Source of the DNA: an uncultured Verrucomicrobiae bacterium
GTDB taxonomy: Bacteria > Verrucomicrobiota > Verrucomicrobiia > Chthoniobacterales > JAFAMB01
DNA: 64,000 bases
Assembly (NCBI GenBank): GCA_963762565.1
Contig: CAVXLD010000013.1
Span: forward strand, 96,001 to 160,000
Direction of reading: 5' to 3'
Shown piece after piece: positions 40,253-50,988 of the stretch (position 1 is its first letter; each line of letters begins with the position of its first letter). The notes beneath the pieces were generated by a model. The model saw only the letters and a program-made list of their open reading frames with translations. It ran no database searches and had not been told where the DNA came from. Position numbers and translations under genes: made by a program.

Positions 40253-40309
40253 AAGTGCTTGGGGTAATCCGCTAGCTTGTTCGCCAGCGCCCGCTAAGAT
40301 TCGGCTGCT

Positions 40310-40885
40310 TTGAAAAACCCGCCAGAATCTGTAAAACGCTGGAAGAGAAAGAGCCGTAAAGAATTGGTCAAAGATCGATGGATCTCACTTTATGCGGATA
40401 CGTGCGAGCTCCCGGGTGGTCACCTTGTCGAACCATTTTACGTTCTAGAGGAAAAAGAATGGGTTCATGTCGTGGCCATCGATGTCGATGGGGCAATACT
40501 GCTGACTCGGCTTTATCGTTACCCCGCGGATTGGCTTGGTTGGGAGCTGCCGTGTGGCGGCGTCGATCTCGGTGAGGAGCCGCTAGCGGCGGCCAAGCGA
40601 GAACTGAAAGAAGAAACAGGATTCATTGCAGCCGAGTGGCAACAGGTCGGAGGCGCCTTATATGCTAATCCAGCCCGGCAAACCAACCAGATCTATTGCT
40701 TCATCGCCCGAGACCTGACCAAAGCAGGACCGCAGTCGTTGGATGTCACCGAGGATATCGAGTACGAGTTCGTCTCCCCGAGCGAGGTCATGAACCGAAT
40801 TGCCACGGGCGATTTCTGTCACGCTCTCCATGTTGCCTGCTATTTGCTCGCAGCGGATGCGATGGGAAGAGGACGAGCGGAGTAG
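40310..40885 (+). CDS. NUDIX hydrolase (ADP-ribose pyrophosphatase-like)
   Basis: Nudix box GGVDLGEEPLAAAKRELKEETG. Confidence 0.92.
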   Translation: MKNPPESVKRWKRKSRKELVKDRWISLYADTCELPGGHLVEPFYVLEEKEWVHVVAIDVDGAILLTRLYRYPADWLGWELPCGGVDLGEEPLAAAKRELKEETGFIAAEWQQVGGALYANPARQTNQIYCFIARDLTKAGPQSLDVTEDIEYEFVSPSEVMNRIATGDFCHALHVACYLLAADAMGRGRAE

Positions 40886-41142
40886 TGGAGCCGAACGCTG
40901 GAGGGGAGCCGCTTTATAGCGCGGCAAGTCTATCGGTCAGTTGCAGGCGGCTCCCGGAAGCGACCCAGCGTAGCGCCTTTATCGGGAGCTTGGTTAGTTT
41001 AACTTTCGTTCGGCGCAGGCCGATAAAACTGCGGACCGCTCGACCATTCTCGGGAGCCGCCTGCTGCGAACACTGATAGAGCTGCCAGGTTACAAAGCGG
41101 CTCCCCTCCGGGGCTTGGGGCTCCGCGAGGACAATACCCCCT

Positions 41143-41517
41143 CTAGAGCAGCGTCCTTCCCTCCATCGACCGTATGAGCCGGTCTAGAGCGGCCTCGTAG
41201 TCTCGTCTCCAGCGATTCGCACGGACGGTATCCGAGGCGACCAGCAAGGAACTGATAACTAACCAGATCAGATCGAGCAAAATTCCGGTTTGAGGCACCA
41301 GCAGCAAGGCTACGCCGACGCCAACAACGAAGCAGTAACCAAAGACTCCTTCTCCTAACACTAGTTTCGGTCTCCGCCGCCACATCCATTCGGCCCGGGT
41401 ACGTTCAGTCGGATCGACCTCGGGAGAACCCAGTAGTTCCTGTAAACGTGCGGGAGCGATCTCGGGGAACCGCCAATCATTTTCCCTATTAAAATCCCTC
41501 CAGAACTTGGTCCACAT
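41143..41517 (-). CDS. Hypothetical two-TM membrane protein
   Basis: ATG ORF with two hydrophobic segments. Confidence 0.6.
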   Translation of the reverse strand: MWTKFWRDFNRENDWRFPEIAPARLQELLGSPEVDPTERTRAEWMWRRRPKLVLGEGVFGYCFVVGVGVALLLVPQTGILLDLIWLVISSLLVASDTVRANRWRRDYEAALDRLIRSMEGRTLL

Positions 41518-41759
41518 AATGACTCGCTGATCTGTTCAATAGTTTACGCTGCTGACGGTTTTTTTGAAAGCTTTCTCCCGCCCATAACGCTTCCGTCGCA
41601 ACGGACGCCGGTGGGCCATTTTTTCGACTCATTCATGAGGGCGGTAGGACGTGCCCTTTCATCCTTGTCGAGCGACACCCTTGTCTCCTTCGTGCCCTGA
41701 TACACGTCCTCCGCCCCCCTACCCCCCAATTCAAAAAATCATGCTGCCGATTCACGAGA

Positions 41760-43154
41760 TCAGTTCCTGGTAGAAACGGCTGAGAACAGCGGAATGAGCC
41801 CTTCTAACATCGTGGGATGCGTAAATATAGCGTCCCGTAAGACGGTGTAAGGAAGACCCGCCAACATCGCGACTTGAACCGTAGCGATAATCTCTCCGGC
41901 CTCGATTCCCAAGGCGGTGAAACCAAGAATGCGATCGCTCTCGCTATCAATCAGGGCTTTTAAGAATCCGCGCGTCTCCGACACCGTGCGAGTTCGCAGA
42001 ATTGCGATCATGGGTACTTTGGTCAGCCGGTAGGCGATCCCGCGTTCCTTCGCTTCGAATTCGTTAAGACCGATGCGAGCGAGCTCGGGATCAGTGAACA
42101 TGCAAAATGGTACCTGCCGTCCAGTGGTGACTTTGTGCCCGCCGGCCAGGTTATCGGTTACGACGCGATGGTCATCAAAAGCGATATGGGTAAAATGCGG
42201 GCTGCCAGCACAATCTCCGACTGCCCACACTCCCGCAGCAGTGGTTTGTAAGCGTTCGTTCACCTTCACATGGCCGCTCTTGGTGGTCTCAACTCCGGCC
42301 AACTCCAGACCGATGTTCTGAGTATTAGGAGTTCGTCCGCTTGCTACGAGAATATGGGTCCCTTCCAATTCGATCTTCTCACCGTTTCGCACGGCGTGAA
42401 GTTTCACCTGGTCACCGGATTTTCCTTCAACCTGGGTAATCGTGGCGCTGGTCACGATGTCGATACCCTCCTCGCGAAAGATGTCGCTCAGCATCTCGGT
42501 CACGTCTTCGTCTTCCCGATGAGCTAGACGGCCGTTTCTTTCAATGATGGTAACGTTGCTGCCGAACCGGCGCATGGCCTGGGCTAGTTCGAGACCGATG
42601 TAACCACCGCCAATAATCAAGAGGTGTTCAGGCAGTTGATTCAGATCAAGGGTTTCGATATGAGTCAATGGGCTCGACTCCTGGAGTCCGGGGATAGGTT
42701 CGATCGTCGCCCGCGACCCCGTGCTGATAACCACGTTTTCAGCGCTCAAGCTGCGGGTCCCACCCTCTGGAAGCGTAACCTCGATCGTTCTAGGTCCGGT
42801 AAAACGTCCCGATCCAATCAACAGTTCTGCGCCGCTCGCTTTGAAATTAGCCAGATGCATGTCAACCAGGCCGTGAACCATCTTGCGCTTGCGATCGCGC
42901 ACGCCGGTCATGTCGATGCGCCAGTTGTCCTTGGTGATACCGTATTCTTCGCTTCTGCTGAAGTACGAGGCGATCTTTGCGCTGTGGATGATGTTCTTGC
43001 TCGGAAGACAGGCGATGTTCGGGCAGGAACCGCCAATATACTTTCGTTCAACTACAACCGCTCTCTTCCCTTTTTTAGCCTGGGTCCAGGCAATGTATTT
43101 GCCTGCTTCGCCGCTACCTAACACAACGACGTCATATTGTTCTGCGGTTGGCAT
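41760..43154 (-). CDS. Class I pyridine nucleotide-disulfide oxidoreductase (mercuric-reductase-like / RclA-like)
   Basis: GSGEAG, GGSCPNIACLPSK, GGGYIG, IFTHPT. No C-terminal Cys pair. Start placed at MPTAEQYD. Confidence 0.92.
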   Translation of the reverse strand: MPTAEQYDVVVLGSGEAGKYIAWTQAKKGKRAVVVERKYIGGSCPNIACLPSKNIIHSAKIASYFSRSEEYGITKDNWRIDMTGVRDRKRKMVHGLVDMHLANFKASGAELLIGSGRFTGPRTIEVTLPEGGTRSLSAENVVISTGSRATIEPIPGLQESSPLTHIETLDLNQLPEHLLIIGGGYIGLELAQAMRRFGSNVTIIERNGRLAHREDEDVTEMLSDIFREEGIDIVTSATITQVEGKSGDQVKLHAVRNGEKIELEGTHILVASGRTPNTQNIGLELAGVETTKSGHVKVNERLQTTAAGVWAVGDCAGSPHFTHIAFDDHRVVTDNLAGGHKVTTGRQVPFCMFTDPELARIGLNEFEAKERGIAYRLTKVPMIAILRTRTVSETRGFLKALIDSESDRILGFTALGIEAGEIIATVQVAMLAGLPYTVLRDAIFTHPTMLEGLIPLFSAVSTRN

Positions 43155-43230
43155 AACGGTGGTTCTAGGTCTTAAGTTGTAAGTTTTAAGCTGGGGGAGT
43201 GGAGCGGAGGATAACCTGTGAAACAGGATG

Positions 43231-43449
43231 TTACAGGTTGCTGATGATGGTTTGGATCTCTCCGTCGCTGATATGTCCGAACACGGAACGATGCCAGGTG
43301 AGCTCGGCTTCCAATTCGGCAATGCGCGTCCTTAGCGCTTCTGTGCGCCTGGCTACGTCGGCGGCGGTGAACCGGGGAATCAAGTCGTGGAACGCACTCC
43401 AATTTGCTTCGTCAGGTGCAGGCAGGATCTGTGGGTATTTTTCGGTCAT
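43231..43449 (-). CDS. Small hypothetical protein with a coiled-coil segment
   Basis: 72-aa ATG ORF with protein-like composition (LRTRIAELEAEL). Confidence 0.45.
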   Translation of the reverse strand: MTEKYPQILPAPDEANWSAFHDLIPRFTAADVARRTEALRTRIAELEAELTWHRSVFGHISDGEIQTIISNL

Positions 43450-43504
43450 TGGTGGGGGTTCCTGTTTTATGTCTCTTTCAATGATCCTGATGCCTGAATC
43501 GGCG

Positions 43505-43687
43505 TCACTTGCGTTTTAACGAATCGATAAAGAGAAGCGCCCGGCCCTGTAATGCCAGCATCTGCATTTCGTGTTGCGTCGGCCGGTACTCGAAAGCTTC
43601 CTGGTCAAGCCAGTAGTCGCCAATGTCGGCTTGTGTGTTCAGAAACTCGTCCCATTCTTCGCTCGATCTATCGTCGGTTTCGTACAT
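43505..43687 (-). CDS. Small acidic hypothetical protein
   Basis: 60-aa ATG ORF co-oriented with its neighbour. Confidence 0.4.
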   Translation of the reverse strand: MYETDDRSSEEWDEFLNTQADIGDYWLDQEAFEYRPTQHEMQMLALQGRALLFIDSLKRK

Positions 43688-44112
43688 CTGACGGCTCCAA
43701 TAGTTGTGTCGCCAGTAGCCAGATCAGGTTGCGTGCCAATCGTTGTACCTCGTTGTATGTTACTGATAATAAGGTGCTTGTGACTTCCGCTACCCAGGAT
43801 AATCGGGGTACGAGAATTCAGACCTTACGCTTTTCCGTTGGTCGCTCTCGTCCCGAAGGGCGCTTCGTTCTCGTCGTCGTCCTCGTCCTCGGTTTGGTAG
43901 GGCGAGGCTCCCGAATTGTCCAAGCGTTCGAACGAAGCGCTCGGTGACGCCCGCCTCTATCGCGCTGTTACGCCTAGAATCGCGCCGAGCCGTGGCCCAT
44001 CGTGGGCCACGGCCGCCTCTGTCGGCCTTGGTCATTTCGTCTCCCGGCGTTCGCACGGTGCACTGTTGGTCAACCGTCGCGCTCTTCGGGAGCCTCGCCC
44101 TACCAATGTCGA

Positions 44113-44232
44113 CGCAAGTGGTTGCTCGAATCCGAGCCTTCTCTCAGAAGACGCGTGCTGATAAAAAATTCTTGGATATCAACGAGGCGATTGAAGAGAT
44201 AGCTGTTCTAACTGGCGCAGAATTGCGGAGAC
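44113..44232 (+). pseudogene. Fragment of a sensor histidine kinase (HisKA-HATPase linker)
   Basis: QVVARIRAFSQKTRADKKFLDINEAIEEIAVLTGAELRR resembles PAS-kinase linkers. Flanked by repeat DNA. Confidence 0.55.
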
Positions 44233-44746
44233 CCTGCGAGACTCCGGAATCGGCAGCGGCGCACCCGAAGCCTTCGATTTTGCCCGACCGACCGCTGCGA
44301 TCGCGACGTAGGCCTTGCGGAGTCGGGCTACGATCACTCGGTCCCTACGGGACAGAAGCTGTCACCTCCTGTCCGCAAAATCGACTCCAACCCCATGTTA
44401 TGGGGCACTCACTTGGCGTCCTCACACGTTGCATTGCGAACAAGACCTTGTTCGGATCAGACCGTGCCTCACGGGCTACCGTCATTTAGTCCCCGCCCGC
44501 CACGCTTCGCGTAGCGATGCAGGCCGGGCCAACGGGACAAGATCCTCCCACCGGCCCAGGGACGATTGTTCGTACGTTCAGGAATTCGTCCGGGTCAAAA
44601 TCCGATTAAACATGTTATAACTTGCTCGGAGTAAACAGATTACACAGTGCTTGCGCCTTGGCCCGAGAATTGTTATGCCTCGTATGGAATAGGAAGTATT
44701 CGGCGCCAGTCTTACCAGAAACATACTGCGATTAGCAGAAACAACT

Positions 44747-45286
44747 ATGAATCGAATTCAACACGTGCATTCAATCAGACTTAGTTTTGCCGTTTTCGCC
44801 TTGTGGGCATTTGTAGCAACCAGCAGCAACGCAAGCAATGTAGCGCCCGAGAACAAAGATCTGACTCGGCCAAGTGTACAGGTCTGGCTGACGAAAGGTC
44901 AGCACAAATTAAACTTGGATAGCAAAGGCGTTATTCTAAAGGGATACGATCCGGTCGCTTATCTCATGCTAAGAAAGGCGGTAAAAGGAAATCCCAAGTT
45001 CCAGACTACTTACGAAGGAGCGATCTATTATTTCAGTTCCGCGACAAATCTAGCTACCTTCACGAAGAACCCTACAAAATTCGTCCCTCAATACGGCGGA
45101 TTTTGCGCAAATGGAATGGCGAATAAGAAAGCCGCTGATATCGACCCGAACGTTTTCTTTGTTGTAAAAGGAAAACTGTACGTCTGCACTTCACCGGCAG
45201 CAGAGAAAGAGTTCCAATCCAATCTGCAGGAGAACATCAAGAAAGCGGATCAAAATTGGGGCGACCAGTACGAATGGTTTTATTAA
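44747..45286 (+). CDS. Exported YHS-domain protein
   Basis: GYDPVAY, AVKG, YEGAIYYFSS, PQYGGFCA. Signal peptide. Ends YEWFY. Confidence 0.88.
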   Translation: MNRIQHVHSIRLSFAVFALWAFVATSSNASNVAPENKDLTRPSVQVWLTKGQHKLNLDSKGVILKGYDPVAYLMLRKAVKGNPKFQTTYEGAIYYFSSATNLATFTKNPTKFVPQYGGFCANGMANKKAADIDPNVFFVVKGKLYVCTSPAAEKEFQSNLQENIKKADQNWGDQYEWFY

Positions 45287-45654
45287 AAGCGGCGTAGCGG
45301 CATAGCTGCTAATCGTCGTCGAGCACGAGCGGGTTCGGCCGTTTGGACGGCCCGCTCGCTGCCTGAGAAAGTAATCAGTAACCACTTATCAGTTTTAGGA
45401 GGTAGGGGCTATAAGGCGCGAGGCGGTCTTGGTCAATATTGGAGGGTCGCGTTTCTGGGGCCGCGGGGCGAGGGTGCTGGACTCATTAAAATCTATAATG
45501 CACCATTTACTGGAGCGTCCGCTCCTAGATTCTGGCTCCTAGCTCCTCGACTGATTACTGACCCACTGATTACTGAACACTTTTTAGGCCCGCCCAGAGC
45601 GTCCTCGCGAAATCTGGCGCAGAATGTGCGAACGTCCCAAGGAAGGAACCGAAA

Positions 45655-47382
45655 ATGACTCAAAAGACGGTCGCAGAGATTTTTATCGAAACACTCATTG
45701 CTGCTGGCGTGACCCGGATTTACGGAGTCGTAGGCGACTCACTGAATGGGATTCTGGAAGAGGTTCGACGCAATAAACAAATTGAGTGGATCGGAGTACG
45801 GCACGAAGAAACCGCGGCATTCGCAGCAGGCGCTCAAGCCCATTTGACCGGAGAGCTGGCCGTTTGCGCCGGCAGTTGTGGTCCAGGCAACATGCACTTG
45901 ATCAATGGGCTTTATGATTGCCACCGAAGCCGCGTACCCGTCTTAGCTTTGGCGGCTCAAATTCCGAGCCAGGAGATCGGAAGCAATTATTTTCAGGAAA
46001 CACATCCGGACCAGCTTTTCCGCGATTGTAGTGACTACTGTGAGTTGATTTCCCAGACCACCCAGATTCCGCGAGTGCTAGAGATCGCGATTCAAACCGC
46101 GTTAACCAAGAAGGGTGTAACCGTTGTCGCGATACCCGGAGATATCGCACTCAAGCCGGCAGCGTATCGCAAACCGAGCGCGACCGTAAAGCCGTGTCAC
46201 CCGGTAGTGAGCCCTTCGGACGAAGAGATCAATAGCTTAGCGACGCTGCTTAATCAGGGTAAAGCGGTTACTATTCTTGGTGGGGCTGGATGCGCAGGAG
46301 CGCACGCCGAGCTGATGCAGCTAGCCGGCAAACTAAAATCGCCCATGGTTTCTGCGCTAAGAGGGAGGGAACACATCCAATACGATAATCCGTATGACGT
46401 GGGTCTAACCGGGCTAATCGGTTTCTCTTCCGGTTACCACGCCATGATGGAGGCCGACACGGTGTTAATGCTGGGTACCGACTTTCCCTACACTCAGTTC
46501 TACCCAGAGAAAGCCACGGTTATCCAGGTCGATCTCCGGGGCGAGAACCTGGGTCGTCGCACGCGATTGGACCTCGGGGTCGTCGGGGACGTGAAAGCGA
46601 CGCTGCGTGGACTATTGCCGCTGGTCACCCAGAAGGAGGATAACGCGCATTTAAAACGGTTCGTCAGCCACTATGAAGATGTACGTAAGGGATTAGATGA
46701 ACTGGCGGTGGGGCACCCGGGTCGCAAGCCGATGCATCCGCAATTTGTCGCGAAAGTGGTGGATGAATTGGCAGCTGAAGACGCAATTTTTTCCTGTGAT
46801 GTCGGCACACCGACGGTCTGGGCCGCCCGTTACCTCACCATGAATGGCAAGCGGCGCCTATTAGGTTCGTTTAATCACGGATCGATGGCGAACGCGATGC
46901 CTCAAGCCATTGGCGCGCAGCTTGCCTTCCCGGATCGTCAAGTTGTCACCTTTTCCGGTGACGGTGGGCTATCCATGATGCTAGGCGATCTATTGTCGCT
47001 CCATCAGCACAAGCTACCGGTTAAGATAGTCGTTTTCAGCAACAGCGCGCTGGCGTTTGTCGAATTGGAAATGCTGGCAGCCGGCATTCTAGGTGAGGGG
47101 ACTGAGTTGGTGAACCCTGATTTCGTCGGGTTAGCCCGTTCCGCAGGGATGTTTGGTGTTAAGGTGGAAGACCCGGGCGATTTGAAGCAGGCAGTAACGG
47201 AGGCGTTCCGTCACGACGGACCGGCGCTGGTCGAAGCAGTGGTTAATCGTTCGGAGCTTTCCATGCCGCCGACGATCAAGCTCAATCAGGCTGTCGGGTT
47301 CAATTTGTGGGCGCTGAAAGCCGTCCTCAATGGCCGCGGCGATGAGGTCATCGACCTGGCGGTCAGTAATTTAGTTCGGTAG
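45655..47382 (+). CDS. poxB: Ubiquinone-dependent pyruvate dehydrogenase / pyruvate oxidase
   Basis: GVVGDSLN, RHEETAAFAAGA, GSCGPGN, YFQETHP, GSFNHGSMANA, GDGG. Confidence 0.95.
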   Translation: MTQKTVAEIFIETLIAAGVTRIYGVVGDSLNGILEEVRRNKQIEWIGVRHEETAAFAAGAQAHLTGELAVCAGSCGPGNMHLINGLYDCHRSRVPVLALAAQIPSQEIGSNYFQETHPDQLFRDCSDYCELISQTTQIPRVLEIAIQTALTKKGVTVVAIPGDIALKPAAYRKPSATVKPCHPVVSPSDEEINSLATLLNQGKAVTILGGAGCAGAHAELMQLAGKLKSPMVSALRGREHIQYDNPYDVGLTGLIGFSSGYHAMMEADTVLMLGTDFPYTQFYPEKATVIQVDLRGENLGRRTRLDLGVVGDVKATLRGLLPLVTQKEDNAHLKRFVSHYEDVRKGLDELAVGHPGRKPMHPQFVAKVVDELAAEDAIFSCDVGTPTVWAARYLTMNGKRRLLGSFNHGSMANAMPQAIGAQLAFPDRQVVTFSGDGGLSMMLGDLLSLHQHKLPVKIVVFSNSALAFVELEMLAAGILGEGTELVNPDFVGLARSAGMFGVKVEDPGDLKQAVTEAFRHDGPALVEAVVNRSELSMPPTIKLNQAVGFNLWALKAVLNGRGDEVIDLAVSNLVR

Positions 47383-47486
47383 GATCCAGGAGATCACCAA
47401 TCGTGATAGGCCATCGGCGCATTTGATTACACACGGACTGGTCCTGCTGGCAGTTAGAGCGTGGGCTACGCAATGGTAGCCGAAAA

Positions 47487-48440
47487 ATGATTATCAAGAT
47501 TATTGAACCGCTTGGCGAATCAGAAGACGCGATCCGCGCTCGGATCGGGGATCTTCTTGATGAAGGCGGCCATCACCTGTTGATGTGTGACACCCGCGGC
47601 CTGGCTGATGCCGACGTGATCAAGGTAATAAAGGACGCTGATATCCTCTTGCTTAGTAACCGGCCGCTTTCCGCGGATGTGATTAATGCGTGTCCCAAAC
47701 TTAAGTTAATTTGTGTAGCGTTTACTGGTATTGATCATGTGGACCAAGGGGCGTGTAAGGCGCGCGGTATTATTCTCCATAATGCGGCAGGTTATGCTGT
47801 GCACGCGGTTAGCGAGTTGGCCATCGGTCTGATGATCGCACTGCTCCGGCGAATCATACCGGCCAACGCCAAGGCGCGCAGCGGCGGTACTAACGATGGT
47901 CTGGTCGGGCACGAACTGTTTGGGAAAACTCTGGGCGTGATCGGATGTGGCCATATTGGCTTGCAGGTGGCCCGTTTAGGCAATGCTTTTGGTTGTCAGG
48001 TGCTCGGTTTCGATCCGCACGTAGTTAAGGTCGATGACGTAGAAGTGGAGCAAGTTCAGTTAGATGACCTGTTGAGCCGAAGCGATATTGTCACTTTGCA
48101 TTTACCACTGATCCCCGAGACCCGTGGCTTTGTTGGACGCGACCAGTTAACAAAAATGAAGCGATCCGCGATCCTCATCAATACGGCGCGCGGGCCAATC
48201 ATCGACCAAGCAGCGTTGATAGAAGCACTCAGCCAGAACCGGCTTGCCGGCGCCGGACTCGATGTATTCGACTTGGAACCGCCGCTGCCTGCGAATCACC
48301 CGATTTTGGCGGCGCCGAACACGGTGCTGACGCCTCACATCGGGTTCGAGACCGTCGAGGCCATGGCGGCAAAGGCAAATATCGCCCTCGGCCATTTAGA
48401 AGATTTTTTAAGGCAACAATCGAAAGGAAAAAATTTATGA
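47487..48440 (+). CDS. D-isomer-specific 2-hydroxyacid dehydrogenase
   Basis: GVIGCGHIG, LHLPL, INTARG, LDVF, LTPHIG. Confidence 0.93.
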   Translation: MIIKIIEPLGESEDAIRARIGDLLDEGGHHLLMCDTRGLADADVIKVIKDADILLLSNRPLSADVINACPKLKLICVAFTGIDHVDQGACKARGIILHNAAGYAVHAVSELAIGLMIALLRRIIPANAKARSGGTNDGLVGHELFGKTLGVIGCGHIGLQVARLGNAFGCQVLGFDPHVVKVDDVEVEQVQLDDLLSRSDIVTLHLPLIPETRGFVGRDQLTKMKRSAILINTARGPIIDQAALIEALSQNRLAGAGLDVFDLEPPLPANHPILAAPNTVLTPHIGFETVEAMAAKANIALGHLEDFLRQQSKGKNL

Positions 48441-48766
48441 AGCCCACAAGCGTTCGAAAGAAACACCCTTTTAATAGCGCATTTCTCGCGGTCCTGGCCG
48501 CGGTTTTGACGCTAATGCTCAATGCCGCTGCGGACCCAGTCAGCGACCTCCGGTCACTGTCGGCTCTGAAAGACTTGGACCTCTCCAGACTATCCGGAGG
48601 AAATGTGTCAGCGACTGGTGAACCTCTTGGCCGGTTCGCACGGGGGATGTCCGTACAAAGTGCCTACGTTGTTCGAGCTCCCGTCAGATCTACGGTCGTC
48701 CTTATCCAGCAATGGAATCCGACGCGGTATCCAAGGTTGCGGATTTATCTCGCCCCCGGTTGTTAA
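48437..48766 (+). pseudogene. Probably truncated exported hypothetical protein
   Basis: Signal peptide plus the start of a globular domain that ends abruptly while overlapping the next ORF by 55 bp. Confidence 0.45.
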
Positions 48767-49692
48767 TCGCCCTTAGCCTGACCGCCCTTAATCTAGGCGT
48801 GTACAGTGCGGATGCCCAAAATCTCGCGACGGCCCCGACCTTATCGACTGGAGGTGGAGTCTCGCAGAGCGGCAACTTGTCGACGTTCTCTTACGAATTC
48901 TCAACCGATGGCGCCTTTATCGGTAGGGGCTCGGTCGACCTCGGCAACAAGACGGTTGGCATCTTTAAGGAGGTCACCAGCTCGGCGAATTTCGTGCTCT
49001 CTGACCAGATCTCGACTCCTTTTATTCTGCGGTTAGGTATCGACTGGGACCGGTTCGCTTTCAACACCACTAACCGGCTGACCCCGTTACCCGCTTCTGT
49101 CGACGCTCTGGACGCCGTCATCGGGGGTGATATTCAGCTAACCTCGGCGTTATTGATCAGGATCGAGGCTCACCCGGGTATCTACGGCAGCTTCAACAGT
49201 GTTACCGGACGCGATTTTAACGTCCCCATTCGGATTGGTGCATCTTACGTTGAAAGCTCTAATCTGATCTTCATAGCGGGTCTCAGTATCGACATAGATT
49301 CTGATTGGCCGGCGATTCCGGCAGTCGGTGTCTACTGGAAGGTGTCGGACCAATGGGTAATCAACGGCGTCGCTCCCCGGCCACAGCTGCAGTATGTCGT
49401 TTCCGATAAGCTAACCTTATTTGTTGGAGCCGATCTGCAGACTGAGACCTTTCGGGTGGACAACGAGTTCGGCACATCCCGCGGTATACCAAAGTTAAAT
49501 CACGCCATTTTGGACTTTTGGGAGATCAGAGGTGGCGCCGGTTTCACCTGGGCCATCACCGACGCAATCAAACTTGATCTCGAAGGGGGTGCCGTTCCCT
49601 ATCGCCAGTTCGATTTTAATCGAGCAGATTTCAATATGTCATCTTCCAGCTGGTCGCCGTATATTAGTCTCAGGCTTTCTGCCAGCTTTTGA
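48712..49692 (+). CDS. Outer-membrane beta-barrel protein (DUF6268-like)
   Basis: Signal-like segment, alternating beta-strand pattern, C-terminal Phe (LRLSASF). Confidence 0.75.
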   Translation: MESDAVSKVADLSRPRLLIALSLTALNLGVYSADAQNLATAPTLSTGGGVSQSGNLSTFSYEFSTDGAFIGRGSVDLGNKTVGIFKEVTSSANFVLSDQISTPFILRLGIDWDRFAFNTTNRLTPLPASVDALDAVIGGDIQLTSALLIRIEAHPGIYGSFNSVTGRDFNVPIRIGASYVESSNLIFIAGLSIDIDSDWPAIPAVGVYWKVSDQWVINGVAPRPQLQYVVSDKLTLFVGADLQTETFRVDNEFGTSRGIPKLNHAILDFWEIRGGAGFTWAITDAIKLDLEGGAVPYRQFDFNRADFNMSSSSWSPYISLRLSASF

Positions 49693-50033
49693 GACCAACG
49701 GCGGTTCTTACGCGCCTTCTGCGTTTCCGACCTGCTGCGCGGATGCTTTGCGGACTTGGCGCGGTACTCCAACACTCCATCACTCCGCGTGGCCGGATTC
49801 GAGGACAGCCTGTCCGACGAAGCCTAAGCTCTATGTTGCCAACCGCTCGAAGTCGGCCTCGCAAGCGAGGCGCGCTCCACAATCAGGACGTTGGCGAAGT
49901 CGGAATGACGACGAGAACGAAGCGCCTTGTGAGCGACAGACAGCCGTTCAGACAGTGGTTACGGCTGTCCAAACAAAAATGCTCCTCCGTGCGGATTTTG
50001 ACATTCCATTAACGAACCCGAAGCTACCAAAAA

Positions 50034-50846
50034 ATGTCTACGATCCTTTTACAGGTTAACGGAATTTCACTGCACGTTGAGGATCTTGGCAGCGGTAAGC
50101 CGGTGCTCTTGCTCCACGGGTGGCCGGACTCGGCGTATCTTTGGCGTAACCAGATCCCGTTTCTGGTCAAGAACGGCTTCCGCGTAATCGCGCCGGACTC
50201 GCGTGGCTTGGGACGTTCCGCTCGCCCGGAGGGAGTGGCTGCGTATGCCGTGCAAAACTCGGTCAGTGATGTAGTCGGCATTCTTGACGCGCTTGGTGTC
50301 GACACCGCGGATGTCGTGGGCCACGACTGGGGAGCGGCCGTTGCTTGGTTCACGGCGTCGGTTCACCCGAATCGCGTTTGCAGGCTCGTCGTTCTTTCGG
50401 TGCCACATCCGCTCGTACCGCCCACGCTGCGGCAGCGGGAGATGGCTTGGTACCAGCTGTTCTTCCAGTTTGAGGGAATCGCGGAAGCTTGGCTACAGCA
50501 GGACAATTGGGCGCTGTTCCGGCAGTGGAGCCGAGGCAACGGTGATATCGATCGTCATATCTCGGATTTGTCGCGGCCGGGGGCCCTGACCGCATCGCTT
50601 AACTGGTACCGGGCAAACCTCGCGCCACGCATGCCGGGGTCACCCCGTGAGCTGCCGCCGGTACAGGCTGCAACACTTGGCATCTGGTCCACAAATGATC
50701 ACTACCTCGACGGCGAGCGCGTGCAGATGTCGAATCGCTTCGTGAAAGGACCCTGGCGCTACGAGCAGATAGATGGAGCCAGCCACTGGATTCCGCTGGA
50801 TGCATGCGACCGGCTGAACCAGCTCCTCATCGAGTGGCTGCGCTGA
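50034..50846 (+). CDS. Alpha/beta hydrolase (epoxide hydrolase-like)
   Basis: LLHGWP, GHDWGA, LNWYRA, ASHW. Confidence 0.92.
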   Translation: MSTILLQVNGISLHVEDLGSGKPVLLLHGWPDSAYLWRNQIPFLVKNGFRVIAPDSRGLGRSARPEGVAAYAVQNSVSDVVGILDALGVDTADVVGHDWGAAVAWFTASVHPNRVCRLVVLSVPHPLVPPTLRQREMAWYQLFFQFEGIAEAWLQQDNWALFRQWSRGNGDIDRHISDLSRPGALTASLNWYRANLAPRMPGSPRELPPVQAATLGIWSTNDHYLDGERVQMSNRFVKGPWRYEQIDGASHWIPLDACDRLNQLLIEWLR

Positions 50847-50988
50847 TCGTTGCCGCCGCAGCAAGGCGTGAATGGGAATCCACCCTCTCCCGATCAACTG
50901 CAGCACTTCGTTCTCACCAGCAACCGTTATGGTTATTGGTTAGCAACTCCAGAAGAGAATGCTGCAGCCGGAATTTCGCTTTTTTTAA

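Noticed and set aside
41760..43154. True mercuric reductase merA
   Set aside because: No C-terminal Cys-Cys pair, no N-terminal metal-binding domain, and no mer operon genes.
44747..45286. Selenocysteine in the YHS protein
   Set aside because: The GGFCA position is a normal Cys codon and the ORF has no in-frame TGA.
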